Source: Gammaproteobacteria bacterium (lineage in GTDB: Bacteria > Pseudomonadota > Gammaproteobacteria > Ga0077536). Taken from it: 64,000 bases of DNA. Shown piece after piece: positions 20,253-29,841 of this stretch. Under the pieces are notes generated by a model. It made no database searches. It had not been told where the DNA came from and was given only the letters and a program-made list of their open reading frames with translations. The DNA is taken from the NCBI GenBank assembly GCA_963662545.2, contig CAXXLL010000002.1:320001-384000 (forward strand). The letters run 5' to 3'. The translations under genes were made by a program, and so were the position numbers. The first letter of the stretch is position 1. Each line of letters begins with the position of its first letter.

Positions 20253-20903
20253 TTAAATTGCAATCTGGCGCCCGAGCACGTATCCGTATATCAGGATCAC
20301 CGGTGCCTGGATCAACAGCTCCATCGCATTGGGTACGACCCGGTCGAACCCGGTCGTATTGAATGCCCGATCCAGTACCTCGCCCAAGCGCTGCCCCGAG
20401 CGCGCCGCCAGTTGATGGCCGAACACGACGATGCAGACAATGAGCAGCGCAGTTGCTAGTCCCGGCCAGACCGTGGCGGCCGTCGCTCCTAGGTATTCCG
20501 TGTACCAGGTGAAAACGGCACCCGTCGCGATGATGCCCTGGAGCGGAACGATCAGTTCGGTGCGCTTCCTGAACGGAGGGAAGAGAGGCAACAGTAGCGT
20601 GCATACGAACAGTATGCCGAGTAGATTGTTCAACCGCAGCGATTCATCGGCCAGCAGTCGTCCGATTTCCGGTGCGTGCCGTAGACCGAACAGGGAAGGG
20701 TAGGCCAGGAATACGAAAGCCATGATCACGGCGGCGCGAACGAACGGCGTCAGCAGGTGATGCCGGCTCCAATGAAACACATGGTTGCTTTCGAGTACAC
20801 CATTGAGGTGGTGTTCGATGAAGGGCTCTGCGATGCCGGCGAGCAAGAAAAATGAAAGTGCGAAAAACACGTCCAGCGTCGTCGTTGCTTCTGTGAAAGA
20901 CAT
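20253..20903 (-). CDS. Hypothetical integral membrane protein
   Basis: 216-aa ATG ORF with about 5-6 hydrophobic segments; convergent with uvrA. Confidence 0.7.
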   Translation of the reverse strand: MSFTEATTTLDVFFALSFFLLAGIAEPFIEHHLNGVLESNHVFHWSRHHLLTPFVRAAVIMAFVFLAYPSLFGLRHAPEIGRLLADESLRLNNLLGILFVCTLLLPLFPPFRKRTELIVPLQGIIATGAVFTWYTEYLGATAATVWPGLATALLIVCIVVFGHQLAARSGQRLGEVLDRAFNTTGFDRVVPNAMELLIQAPVILIYGYVLGRQIAI

Positions 20904-20919
20904 GATCGAAGGGCTTTAA

Positions 20920-21081
20920 AGAACCTCTGAATAAGTCATGGCACATTTGCCTTGCCCATGAAATCGCGCAGATCTGTGTTAGGAACTTTGCCAATAGTCC
21001 CCGCTAGTGGCTGCAATTCGTGCCTTGATCTGCACTATTTCATAAACAATTCAGACGCACCTTGACTTATTCAGAGGTTCC
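20920..21081 (+). mobile_element. MITE family A copy 1 (162 bp)
   Basis: AGAACCTCTGAATAAGTCA...TGACTTATTCAGAGGTTCC with TTAA on both flanks. Confidence 0.92.
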
Positions 21082-21154
21082 TTAAAAGCGCCACGGCGCG
21101 ATTCGCGATTCGAGTATGATGGAGATCCCGTCTGCTCTCAAAGGAAATCGATCA

Positions 21155-22093
21155 ATGCCCGCTTTGATCTGCGGTTCTTTCGCCTATGACAACATCATGG
21201 TGTTTCAGGACCGTTTCAAGAACCACATTCTCCCGGACAAGATCCATATTCTGAACGTATCGTTCCTGGTACCGGAGCTGCGCCGGGAGTTTGGCGGGTG
21301 TGCGGGTAACATCGCCTATAACCTGAAGATGATCGGCGGCGATCCGCTGCCGATGGGTACGGTCGGACGGGATTTCGCGCCGTATGCACAATGGATGGAC
21401 GTACAAGGTATCGAGCGGCGCTGCGTCAGGGAGCTGGATGACACCCTGACCGCGCAGGCGTTCATCACCACCGATCTCGATGACAACCAGATCACGGCCT
21501 TCCATCCGGGTGCCATGGAGCATTCAGCCCTCAACGCCGTCGTCGATGCAGGCGCCGTCAGCATCGGCATCATCGCGCCGGATGGTCGTGAGGGCATGAT
21601 TCGTCATGCCGAACAGATGAAAGCTTCCGGGATCCCGTTCATTTTCGATCCCGGGCAGGGCATGCCGATGTTCGACGGCGAGGACCTGAAGCGTTTCATT
21701 GACGACGCCACCTGGGTCACAGTGAACGATTACGAATCGGAACTGATGCAGGAGCGTACCGGTCTATCGCCTGGCGAGATCGCGGAACACGTGCTGGCGC
21801 TCGTGATAACACGCGGCGGCGAGGGGTCCCACGTCTATATCGACGGTGCCCGTATGGAAATTCCTGCCGCGGCCCCGGCGACGATCAAGGATCCCACCGG
21901 TTGTGGCGACGCTTACCGGGCGGGGCTTTTGTACGGCCTCGGGCATGACTTGCCGTGGGAGACTACCGGGCGCATCGCGTCTCTGCTGGGTGCGATCAAG
22001 ATCGAGAATGCGGGCACGCAGAATCATCATGTATCGCGCGACGAATTCGCCGCGCGCTATCGTTTGGCCTTTGGCATGAGCCTCGAGTGGTGA
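21155..22093 (+). CDS. PfkB-family carbohydrate/adenosine kinase
   Basis: ICGSFAYD, FGGCAGNIAY, FDPGQ, DPTGCGDAYRAG; ATG 21155 preceded by AAGGA. Confidence 0.9.
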   Translation: MPALICGSFAYDNIMVFQDRFKNHILPDKIHILNVSFLVPELRREFGGCAGNIAYNLKMIGGDPLPMGTVGRDFAPYAQWMDVQGIERRCVRELDDTLTAQAFITTDLDDNQITAFHPGAMEHSALNAVVDAGAVSIGIIAPDGREGMIRHAEQMKASGIPFIFDPGQGMPMFDGEDLKRFIDDATWVTVNDYESELMQERTGLSPGEIAEHVLALVITRGGEGSHVYIDGARMEIPAAAPATIKDPTGCGDAYRAGLLYGLGHDLPWETTGRIASLLGAIKIENAGTQNHHVSRDEFAARYRLAFGMSLEW

Positions 22094-22286
22094 CTTCGGT
22101 CGGGATTTCAATTGTTGACAAATGTGACATGCAACGCATTTCAGCCATTCAGGGGTGTCGCCAATTACTGCGGTATGTAAGACTTTTTGGAACACCTATG
22201 GACTAAAGGCAGGAACGCTGCGCGAAACCGAACATGCGTCGGTCTGCTGACAACAAGTCACAGCAATCGCTCTGCAATCACTCTCG

Positions 22287-23261
22287 ATGATGCGCCAACT
22301 GGATAAGTGGACGTTTGAAACTCTTCGCGGGCTGATCGCTGCCGGCCTGTTAGTAACGGCCCAGTACGCTTCCGCGACCTCCATCACGCTCGATTACTCT
22401 ATGGACGATTCCGGTTTTTTTGGCGTCGGCACGGATGCCAGAACCGTACTCGAAGCCGCGCGGGATTTTTTCGAGGTTCGCGTAACGGACGTCTTGGGGT
22501 CGATCATGCCGGGTGGCGGTAACACCTGGACCGCTACCGGGACGGATCCGTCCACCGGTGCAGGATTCACGATCAACGATATGACGCTGGTGGACGAGAT
22601 TATCGTATTCGTGGGCGCCCGCGATCTCGAAGGATCCTTGGGCAAGGCCGGACCCGGCGGCCATTTTGCAAGCGGTTCGCAAACGTTCCTCGATTCGGTC
22701 GAACTGCGCGGGCAAGGGCCTGGCGTCGGCACGACCGAAACCGCCATCTGGGGCGGCAGCATCGCCCTGGATATTAACACCACCTGGAATTTCGACGTGA
22801 ATTCGGGTGGGGGGAGCGACGCCTTATCCGTGTTGCTGCACGAATTCGGCCACGTCTTTGGATTCGGCACGGTGGATGCGTTCGACGCCATGGTCAACGG
22901 TTCAAATCAGTTCACAGGCGCGGAGTCCGAGAGTCTATTTGGCGGCAGTGTCCCCCTGGATGGCATCGTCGCTCATTTTGCAGCCGGCACCTCAAGTAAC
23001 GTCGCTGGTGGAACGGAATCTTACATCGGCGCGCTGGCAGGCGCCGCGCAGGAAACTGCGATGGATCCAAACATCACGATCGGGACGCGCAAGCTCTTCA
23101 CGGATCTCGACCTCGCCGTTCTGGACGACATCGGTTGGGACATTGAAAATCCGCCCGCGGTCATTCCGCTCCCGGCCGGCGTGTGGATGCTCTTGAGCGG
23201 GATCGTTTTGCTCGGCTTGAACGGTAATTCTCTCCGACGACCCGTCGATTCCGAAACCTAG
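22287..23261 (+). CDS. Exported zinc-metalloprotease-like protein with VPLPA/PEP-CTERM sorting domain
   Basis: Signal peptide (..TAQYASA), HEFGHVFGF (HEXXH), LDDIGW, C-terminal AVIPLPAGVWMLLSGIVLLG plus basic residues. Confidence 0.85.
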   Translation: MMRQLDKWTFETLRGLIAAGLLVTAQYASATSITLDYSMDDSGFFGVGTDARTVLEAARDFFEVRVTDVLGSIMPGGGNTWTATGTDPSTGAGFTINDMTLVDEIIVFVGARDLEGSLGKAGPGGHFASGSQTFLDSVELRGQGPGVGTTETAIWGGSIALDINTTWNFDVNSGGGSDALSVLLHEFGHVFGFGTVDAFDAMVNGSNQFTGAESESLFGGSVPLDGIVAHFAAGTSSNVAGGTESYIGALAGAAQETAMDPNITIGTRKLFTDLDLAVLDDIGWDIENPPAVIPLPAGVWMLLSGIVLLGLNGNSLRRPVDSET

Positions 23262-23485
23262 TTCCTTCCTGCCTGAACCCGTCGACCAGCAACTCTTCGA
23301 ACGCTTTGAGATCCGTAATCGGCGCGCTGCAGACCTGGCCGCGTCACAGGTAAGCCGTGACGGTGAAGGCGCCCCGGACGGCGCGCTCCTTGAGTATCCC
23401 GGGCAGTTCGCCGGCGTCGGCCGGGATCACGAAGCATGTGCCGCGCAAGGACGCCGCCCAGTCCGCGGCCTTGCGCCAATCGAAA
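23262..23485 (-). pseudogene. C-terminal remnant of a thioredoxin-domain-containing protein (YyaL/SPATA20-like)
   Basis: Manual translation ...CFVIPADAGELPGILKERAVRGAFTVTAYL*RGQVCSAPITDLKAFEELL resembles the YyaL C-terminal AYVCxxxxCxxP motif. In-frame TGA at 23344-23346; no upstream body. Confidence 0.6.
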
Positions 23486-23710
23486 GGGTTGTCTGCATGC
23501 TGGAGCTGGTAGGGGCTGATTTGATCGTGGTTCTATTTTGTCGCTCTGCAGTGTGTCTGCGTGGCGGTTCAACCTCTAGAATCCTGCCTATGAGCATCGT
23601 TAAAGAGCGCGTGCCTTCGATACCGCCCCTCACTCAGGTATCGATTCTCAAGACGCTTTCCCCGCGTTGCCATCGTGTATTTTCTTCGGCTTTTTTGTAT
23701 CGTCGTAGCC

Positions 23711-24505
23711 ATGATCCAGTTCCCCAACCTTAACCCGGTCGCATTCGAAATAGGGCCGGTGGCAGTGCACTGGTATGGGATTACCTATATCGCGGGGATC
23801 GCGCTCGCCTGGCTTTACCTGCACAGGGGCGCCCGGTACGGCGTTGATGAATGGACCACCCAACAGGTCGACGACCTGGTTTTTTATGCGGCCTTGGGGG
23901 CCGTGCTGGGCGGCCGCGTCGGATACGTTATGTTCTACAATGCCGTCGCGTTTTTTGACGACCCGCTCTCAATATTTGCCGTATGGCATGGCGGCATGTC
24001 ATTTCACGGTGGCGCAGTGGGGCTCGTCCTCGCGATGTGGTGGTTCGCGCGCAGCCGCGGTATGCGATTTCTCGAGGTTACCGACTTCGTTTTACCCGCC
24101 GTGCCGATCGGGCTCGGACTCGGCCGGATCGCGAACTTCGTCAACCAGGAATTGTGGGGCGCAGCGACCGATCTGCCCTGGGGCGTGGTGTTCACCCATC
24201 CGGCAGCGGGCGGATGGGCGCGACACCCCTCACAGCTCTACGAGGCCCTGCTCGAAGGCTTATGCCTGTTCGTCATTCTGCGCCTGTTGCGCGCGCGCCG
24301 GCCGTCGGTCGGCATCGTATCGGCCTGGTTTCTCATCCTCTACGCGGTTTTTCGGGGCGCGGTAGAATTCGTGCGTGAACCCGACGCCCATATCGGCTAT
24401 ATCGGTTGGAACTGGCTCACCATGGGACAGCTACTGTCGGGACCGATGCTGATCGCGGGCATCGCCATCTTAATCCTGGCGCTGCGGCGCGAAGCTACTG
24501 ACTAA
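23711..24505 (+). CDS. lgt: Prolipoprotein diacylglyceryl transferase
   Basis: VHWYG, LGGRVGYV, GGMSFHGG, GRIANFVNQELWG, RHPSQLYEA; start ATG 23711. Confidence 0.97.
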   Translation: MIQFPNLNPVAFEIGPVAVHWYGITYIAGIALAWLYLHRGARYGVDEWTTQQVDDLVFYAALGAVLGGRVGYVMFYNAVAFFDDPLSIFAVWHGGMSFHGGAVGLVLAMWWFARSRGMRFLEVTDFVLPAVPIGLGLGRIANFVNQELWGAATDLPWGVVFTHPAAGGWARHPSQLYEALLEGLCLFVILRLLRARRPSVGIVSAWFLILYAVFRGAVEFVREPDAHIGYIGWNWLTMGQLLSGPMLIAGIAILILALRREATD

Positions 24506-24666
24506 GGAATCTCTGAAAAAGTCACGGCACATCTGCCTTGCCCATGAAATCGCGGAGCCTTACGTGACGAACCTTGCCATAGTCCCCGCTATGGCCTGCG
24601 ATTCGTGCCTTGATTCGCACCCTTGCATGAACCATTCAAACGCACCATGACTTATTCAGAGGTTCC
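24506..24666 (+). mobile_element. MITE family A copy 2 (161 bp), directly after the lgt stop
   Basis: Same TIRs; flanks CTAA (contains the lgt TAA) and TTAA. Confidence 0.92.
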
Positions 24667-24675
24667 TTAAAGCTC

Positions 24676-25470
24676 ATGCAAACCTATCTCGATTTGATTC
24701 GCCACGTGCGAAATCACGGCAGCCGGAAGGATGACCGTACCGGGACCGGTACCTTGAGCGTCTTCGGGTACCAGATGCGATTCAAACTGGCCGACGGCTT
24801 TCCGCTGCTCACGACCAAGAGGGTCCACCTCAAATCGATCATCCACGAACTCATTTGGTTTCTCCGCGGTGAATCGAACGTGGCCTACCTGCGTGAACAC
24901 GGTGTGTCGATCTGGGACGAGTGGGCGGACGAGAACGGTGAACTCGGTCCCGTCTACGGCGTTCAATGGCGGTCGTGGCCTGGCGCGGACGGCACGGCCA
25001 TCGACCAGATCTCCCAGGTCATCGACGCTATCCGCAACGATCCGAATTCGCGCCGTCTGATCGTCAGCGCCTGGAACGTGGGCGAAGTCCCCCGCATGGC
25101 GCTGGCGCCGTGTCATACGTTGTTTCAGTTCTACATTGCGCAGGGAAAATTGTCGTGCCAGCTTTACCAGCGAAGCGCGGACATCTTTCTCGGGATCCCG
25201 TTCAACATCGCCTCGTATGCCCTGCTGACCATGATGATCGCGCAGGCTTGCGAACTCGAGGTCGGCGATTTCGTTCACACCTTGGGCGATGCCCACCTCT
25301 ATCTCAATCACCTGGAACAGGCGGATCTACAGCTCACGCGCGAACCTTTCGCCCCGCCCCACTTGAGGCTCAACCCGGATGTCACTTCGGTATTCGACTT
25401 CCGCTATGAAGATTTCGTGCTCGAAGGCTACGAAGCGCATCCGCCGATCGCGGCGCCGATCGCGGTTTGA
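24676..25470 (+). CDS. thyA: Thymidylate synthase
   Basis: [42 protein letters not shown]. Confidence 0.99.
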   Translation: MQTYLDLIRHVRNHGSRKDDRTGTGTLSVFGYQMRFKLADGFPLLTTKRVHLKSIIHELIWFLRGESNVAYLREHGVSIWDEWADENGELGPVYGVQWRSWPGADGTAIDQISQVIDAIRNDPNSRRLIVSAWNVGEVPRMALAPCHTLFQFYIAQGKLSCQLYQRSADIFLGIPFNIASYALLTMMIAQACELEVGDFVHTLGDAHLYLNHLEQADLQLTREPFAPPHLRLNPDVTSVFDFRYEDFVLEGYEAHPPIAAPIAV

Positions 25471-25632
25471 GGAAGCTCTGAAAAAGTCATGGCACATCTG
25501 CCTTGCCCATGAAATCGCGCAGCTCAGCGTTACGAACCTTGCCCATAGTCCCCGCTATGGCCTGCGATTCGTGCCTTGATCTGCGTGATTTCATGAACAA
25601 TTCAGACGCACCATGACTTATTCAGAGATTCC
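25471..25632 (+). mobile_element. MITE family A copy 3 (162 bp), directly after the thyA stop
   Basis: Same TIRs; flanks TTGA (contains the thyA TGA) and CTGA. Confidence 0.92.
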
Positions 25633-25677
25633 CTGAGCCTCCTGCCGGCGGTTTTCACGATCGGAGTCAGCGCACTC

Positions 25678-26166
25678 ATGAGATTGAGTCTCGTGGTCGC
25701 CATGGATCGCAACCGATTGATTGGCCGTGGCGGAGGTTTGCCCTGGCGTCTTCCGGCCGATCTCAAGCGCTTCAAGTCCATCACCATGGGTAAACCCATC
25801 ATCATGGGGCGCAGGACCCATGAATCGATCGGGCGTGCGCTGCCCGGCCGGCGCAATATCGTACTTACCCGTAACGATAAATTCGCTGCCGAAGGTTGTG
25901 AAGTATTTCATTCGCTGCCGGAGGTCCTAGCCGCGCTGCATGATGTACCCGAAGTCATGGTCGTGGGCGGCGCCGCGCTATATGTTGAAGCGCTGCCCTT
26001 GTGTGCGCGACTCTATCTGACCGAAGTGGACACCGATACGACGGGTGATGTCTACTTTCCCGAATTTCAGTGCAGCGCCTGGCACGAAGTTTCCTCGGAA
26101 CAGCATGTGGCAGACGCCGAGCATGCCTACGATTATTGTTTTAGGGTCTTGGATCGGATCAGCTGA
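25678..26166 (+). CDS. folA: Dihydrofolate reductase
   Basis: LPWRLPADLKRFK, IMGRRTHESIGRALPGRRN, VGGA, GDVYFP. Confidence 0.97.
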   Translation: MRLSLVVAMDRNRLIGRGGGLPWRLPADLKRFKSITMGKPIIMGRRTHESIGRALPGRRNIVLTRNDKFAAEGCEVFHSLPEVLAALHDVPEVMVVGGAALYVEALPLCARLYLTEVDTDTTGDVYFPEFQCSAWHEVSSEQHVADAEHAYDYCFRVLDRIS

Positions 26167-26995
26167 ACGGGTTTGCCTGTGACGATTCGATCTGAAAACG
26201 CCGTCCGTCCTCCAGCCGCATAGCCGATAGCTGACCGCCCCACACAGCGCCTGTATCGAGAGGGTAGACCTTGTAGCGCACGCACTCTGCGGCGCTCATG
26301 CGCAAGGTCGACCAGTGACCGAAGATAATTTCCGCGGAACGGCTTGCACGTTCGGGCAATTTGAACCAAGGCGCGAGATGGCGTGCGTTCTGGGGTGCGC
26401 CTTTTTCATCGAGGCGCAAGCGGCCATCGGCATCGCAAAACCGTAATCGCGTAAAGCAGTTCGTAATGAAACGCAGACGTTCGAATCCGTTCAGGGCAGG
26501 ATCCCAGCGCTCCGGCGTATTGCCGTACATCACTTCCAGAAAAGCGGCGAATTCATCGCTGCGGAGCATGCGTGTCACTTCGCCCGCGTGATCGACGGCA
26601 TCGCTCACGGTCCAGGCGGGCGGTAGGCCCGCGTGAATCATAGTGAATCCAAGTTCGGGATCCCGGTGAATCAGCGGTTGTCGCCGGAGCCAGTCGAGCA
26701 GCTCCTCGCGATCGGGAGCTGAGAGGATCTTATCCAGCGTGTCTTTCCGGCGCGGCCGCATGCCTTTGACATAAGCGCATGCGAGCAGGTGCAGGTCGTG
26801 ATTACCCAGTACGGTCACGGCCCGATCGCCCAGCGCGATGACTTTCCGCAGAACGGCAAGCGATTCCGGGCCGCGATTGACCAGGTCGCCCGTCAGCCAG
26901 AGCCGGTCATGCCGGGAGTCGAAACCCGCGGCTTCCAGAAGCCTCATGAATTCGCGGTAGCAGCCTTGGATGTCGCCGACGGCGTAGGTTGCCAA
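26159..26995 (-). CDS. apaH: Symmetrical bis(5'-nucleosyl)-tetraphosphatase
   Basis: YAVGDIQGC, GDLVNRGP, LGNHDLHLL, HAG, FGHWS, LDTGAVWGG. Confidence 0.96.
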   Translation of the reverse strand: MATYAVGDIQGCYREFMRLLEAAGFDSRHDRLWLTGDLVNRGPESLAVLRKVIALGDRAVTVLGNHDLHLLACAYVKGMRPRRKDTLDKILSAPDREELLDWLRRQPLIHRDPELGFTMIHAGLPPAWTVSDAVDHAGEVTRMLRSDEFAAFLEVMYGNTPERWDPALNGFERLRFITNCFTRLRFCDADGRLRLDEKGAPQNARHLAPWFKLPERASRSAEIIFGHWSTLRMSAAECVRYKVYPLDTGAVWGGQLSAMRLEDGRRFQIESSQANPFS

Positions 26996-27032
26996 TGGAC
27001 CTGAGAATCTCCCGGAATCAGCGGCCAGTTAG

Positions 27033-27194
27033 GGAACCTCTGAATAAGTCATAGTGCTTCTGAATTGTTCATGAAATTGCGTAGATCAAGGCACGAAGCG
27101 CAGGCCATAGCGGGGACTATTGGCAAGGTTCGTAACGCCGAGGTGCGCGATTTCAGGGGCAAGGCAGATGTGCCATGACTTATTCAGAGGTTCC
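27033..27194 (-). mobile_element. MITE family A copy 4 (162 bp, reverse orientation), directly after the apaG stop
   Basis: Same TIRs; TTAG duplicated at 27029-27032 and 27195-27198. Confidence 0.92.
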
Positions 27195-27575
27195 TTAGTG
27201 TAGCAAGTTCGGCGCGGAGAGTTTAAAGGCGGGAATTTCGGCATCGAAACGTACACCGTCGTCGGCCATCATTTCGTATGATCCGGTCATCGTGCCGACA
27301 GGCGTTTCGATCATCGCAGCACTGGTGTAGCGGAAAGTTCCACCAGGTTGGAGTATGGGCTGCTCGCCGACCACCCCTTCGCCTTTGACTTCCTGCACCT
27401 GGCCCGCAGCGTCGGTAATGATCCAGTGGCGATTTAACAACTGCGCGGTGATTGAACCCGAATTTTCGATCGTGATCGTGTAGGCGAATACGTACCGATC
27501 GGTTTCGGGATCGGATTGTTCTTCGACGTATACCGTGTCGACAGTCACGCGGATATTGTATTTTTCGTCATTCAT
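27195..27575 (-). CDS. apaG: ApaG protein
   Basis: YVFAYTITI, QLLNRHWIITD, GEGVVGEQP, GTMTGSY. Confidence 0.97.
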   Translation of the reverse strand: MNDEKYNIRVTVDTVYVEEQSDPETDRYVFAYTITIENSGSITAQLLNRHWIITDAAGQVQEVKGEGVVGEQPILQPGGTFRYTSAAMIETPVGTMTGSYEMMADDGVRFDAEIPAFKLSAPNLLH

Positions 27576-27623
27576 TTACGTGCCCGGTCTGTCGTAGCTC
27601 AAGCTTCCCATTTACGTCTGCGG

Positions 27624-29138
27624 TCAAATTTTACGCCGGTTTCGATCCAAACTGCGAAAGTTGACGGCCTCGGCGATATCTCTCTCCTCGATCGAATCCC
27701 GCTCTTCCATGTCGGCGATGGTCTTCGCCACCTTGAGAACTTTGTGGTACCCGCGTGCGCTTAATGCAAGCTGCTCTGTCGCGGTTTCGAGTAGTTTCAC
27801 CGCTGCTCGAGACGCATGGCAGCTTGCGGCCACGACGCCCACATTGAGTAAGCTGTTAAGCACACCTTGTCGCTGCAGTTGCCGTCGCCGCGCGCGGAGA
27901 ACGCGTTCGCGTACGACGGCACTCGTTTCCTCGCTGGTGTGTCGGCCGCGGAGCAGCTCGTGCGTCTGGCGCGCGACTTCCAGGTGGATGTCGATGCGTT
28001 CCGTCAGCGGTCCGGAAATCCGTGCGGTGTAATTCGCAATACGGTCGGGACTGCAGCGGCATTCGAGCACGGGATCGCCATCGTAGCCACACGGGCACGG
28101 GTTCATCGCCGCGATCAATTGAAATCGTGCGGGGAAGGATACCGTCCGCATCGAACGGGATATCGTGACACGGCCGGACTCGAGCGGTTCACGTAGCGCC
28201 TCGAGGGCGCGGCGGTCGAATTCCGGCAGTTCGTCCAGGAATAGCACACCGTTGTGCGCAAGCGATATTTCTCCTGGCCGCGGCGTGCGCCCACCGCCCA
28301 CCAACGCGGCCGCCGAGGACGAATGATGCGGCGATCGAAACGGCCGCGATCGCCAGCCGGCATGCGTCACCGGAAGCGAGCAGATCGAGCGGATAGCGGC
28401 GGTCTCCAGCGCATCGCTTTCGGACATGTCCGGCAGCAATCCCGAAAGCCGTGCGGCGAGCATACTTTTACCCGTGCCCGGCGGGCCGATCATCAGCAAA
28501 TTGTGACCGCCGCAGGCCGCGATCTCCAAAGCGCGTTTGGCGCGATACTGGCCGACGACATCAGCGAGATCCGGCAGTGGCTCTGCCGGTTGATCGAACT
28601 TTGGCGGCTCGATCTCAGGGAGTATTTCCAATTCAAGCAGATGGCGGCAGACATTGCCGAGTGAATCCGCCTCGAAAATGCGCATGCGGTCGATGAGCGC
28701 CGCATCGACCCCGTCCGTATGGCACACGATGAGATCGCGACCCGCCTCGCGCGCGGCAATGGCGGCGGCGAGTGCCGCCCCGACCGGCCGCAAGCTTCCG
28801 TCCAGCGCCAGTTCGCCAAGAAACTCGACGTTCAACATCGAATCGGGTGGAAGCTGGCCCGAAGCAGCCAGAACGCCGAGCGCAATGGCGAGATCAAATC
28901 GAGTTCCTTCTTTGGGGACGTCGCCGGGCGCGAGATTGACGGTGATGCGGCGGCGCGGAAACTCGAAACCGGAAGTGATCAACGCCGAGCGAACGCGTTC
29001 CCGGCTCTCGCGTACGGCCGTTTCCGGCAAGCCCACGATCGTGAACGAAGGCAACCCACCGGACAGATGCGTTTCCACGCTGACCGCCAACGCGGCCGTC
29101 CCATCCTGACAGCGGCTATGGGTGAGAGCGAATGACAT
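27624..29138 (-). CDS. comM: YifB/ComM Mg-chelatase-like AAA ATPase
   Basis: VGLPETAVRESRERV, NLAPGD, GPPGTGKS, RSPHHS, LAHNGVLFLDELPEF, AAMNPCPCG. Confidence 0.93.
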   Translation of the reverse strand: MSFALTHSRCQDGTAALAVSVETHLSGGLPSFTIVGLPETAVRESRERVRSALITSGFEFPRRRITVNLAPGDVPKEGTRFDLAIALGVLAASGQLPPDSMLNVEFLGELALDGSLRPVGAALAAAIAAREAGRDLIVCHTDGVDAALIDRMRIFEADSLGNVCRHLLELEILPEIEPPKFDQPAEPLPDLADVVGQYRAKRALEIAACGGHNLLMIGPPGTGKSMLAARLSGLLPDMSESDALETAAIRSICSLPVTHAGWRSRPFRSPHHSSSAAALVGGGRTPRPGEISLAHNGVLFLDELPEFDRRALEALREPLESGRVTISRSMRTVSFPARFQLIAAMNPCPCGYDGDPVLECRCSPDRIANYTARISGPLTERIDIHLEVARQTHELLRGRHTSEETSAVVRERVLRARRRQLQRQGVLNSLLNVGVVAASCHASRAAVKLLETATEQLALSARGYHKVLKVAKTIADMEERDSIEERDIAEAVNFRSLDRNRRKI

Positions 29139-29283
29139 GCCTTCCTAGCATCGGTGTTTGAAGCTCGCGGTCGCATCCTGCGGCCGCGTTCGGCGAGAGC
29201 CGAAGGCAGTGAGTCTAACAGGCTGATGAAAAATGTCTCGCCGGCGCTGGAAGACTGTTGGGCTTGCGGTGCCCTAAGGGCTC

Positions 29284-29544
29284 CTAGTCCGCGGTCTTCT
29301 CCATGTCCGCGAGGCGCGCTTCGAGGGTTTCCAGCTTTTCACGTGTGCGTCGCAGCATCGCCGCTTGTGCATCGAACTCCTCACGGGTGACGAGATCCAT
29401 CCGCGCCAGCGTTGTTTCCAGGAGGACCCGGACATTTGTCCTGAATTCGTCCCGCAGGACGCGGGCATCGGCCGGCAGCAGCCCACTGATCTTCTCGGCA
29501 ATCGTTTCAAAGGTCCGTAGATCAAGCACGATTTTATTCCTCAC
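29284..29544 (-). CDS. ubiK: Accessory factor UbiK (YqiC/BMFP family)
   Basis: MDLVTREEFDAQAAMLRRTREKLETLEARL signature; usual position between comM and glnK. Confidence 0.9.
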   Translation of the reverse strand: MRNKIVLDLRTFETIAEKISGLLPADARVLRDEFRTNVRVLLETTLARMDLVTREEFDAQAAMLRRTREKLETLEARLADMEKTAD

Positions 29545-29613
29545 CAGCCCCGGGATTTCGCCGGGTTTGAGCGCAGCTTAATCGGCCGGCGGCGCGCTCG
29601 CCAGCCGCCAAAT

Positions 29614-29763
29614 TGCACGGCACGGGTGCGTTTGCGGGTGGTGTCGCTTCATTTTGGTGCAGGAACATTGCGCAGTGCGGAAATAAAGGTAATCTAATTT
29701 ATTAGATAATACTTGTAACTTAATGTAATTCAAGTATTATTTAAGTCTGGCACGCAAGATGCA
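29614..29763 (+). promoter_or_regulatory. NtrC-dependent sigma54 promoter of the porin-glnK-amtB operon
   Basis: Two NtrC-like boxes, TGCACGGCACGGGTGCG (29614-29630) and CGCTTCATTTTGGTGCA (29645-29661), 31 bp apart; AT-rich spacer; TGGCACGCAAGATGCA (GG-N10-GC) at 29748-29763. Confidence 0.85.
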
Positions 29764-29841
29764 ATGTGTTGGACAAACCTACCCGCAGGGATCCACGGAT
29801 GGCACTGGTCGGGCAACTGACGTTGGTTAGGAGGAAATACA

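Noticed and set aside
23344-23346. Selenoprotein
   Set aside because: The frame has no start or N-terminal domains, and I could not identify a SECIS; a nonsense mutation in a remnant is simpler.
29215-29233. IS-like end CTAACAGGCTGATGAAAAA
   Set aside because: No partner end or target duplication found; too short to call.
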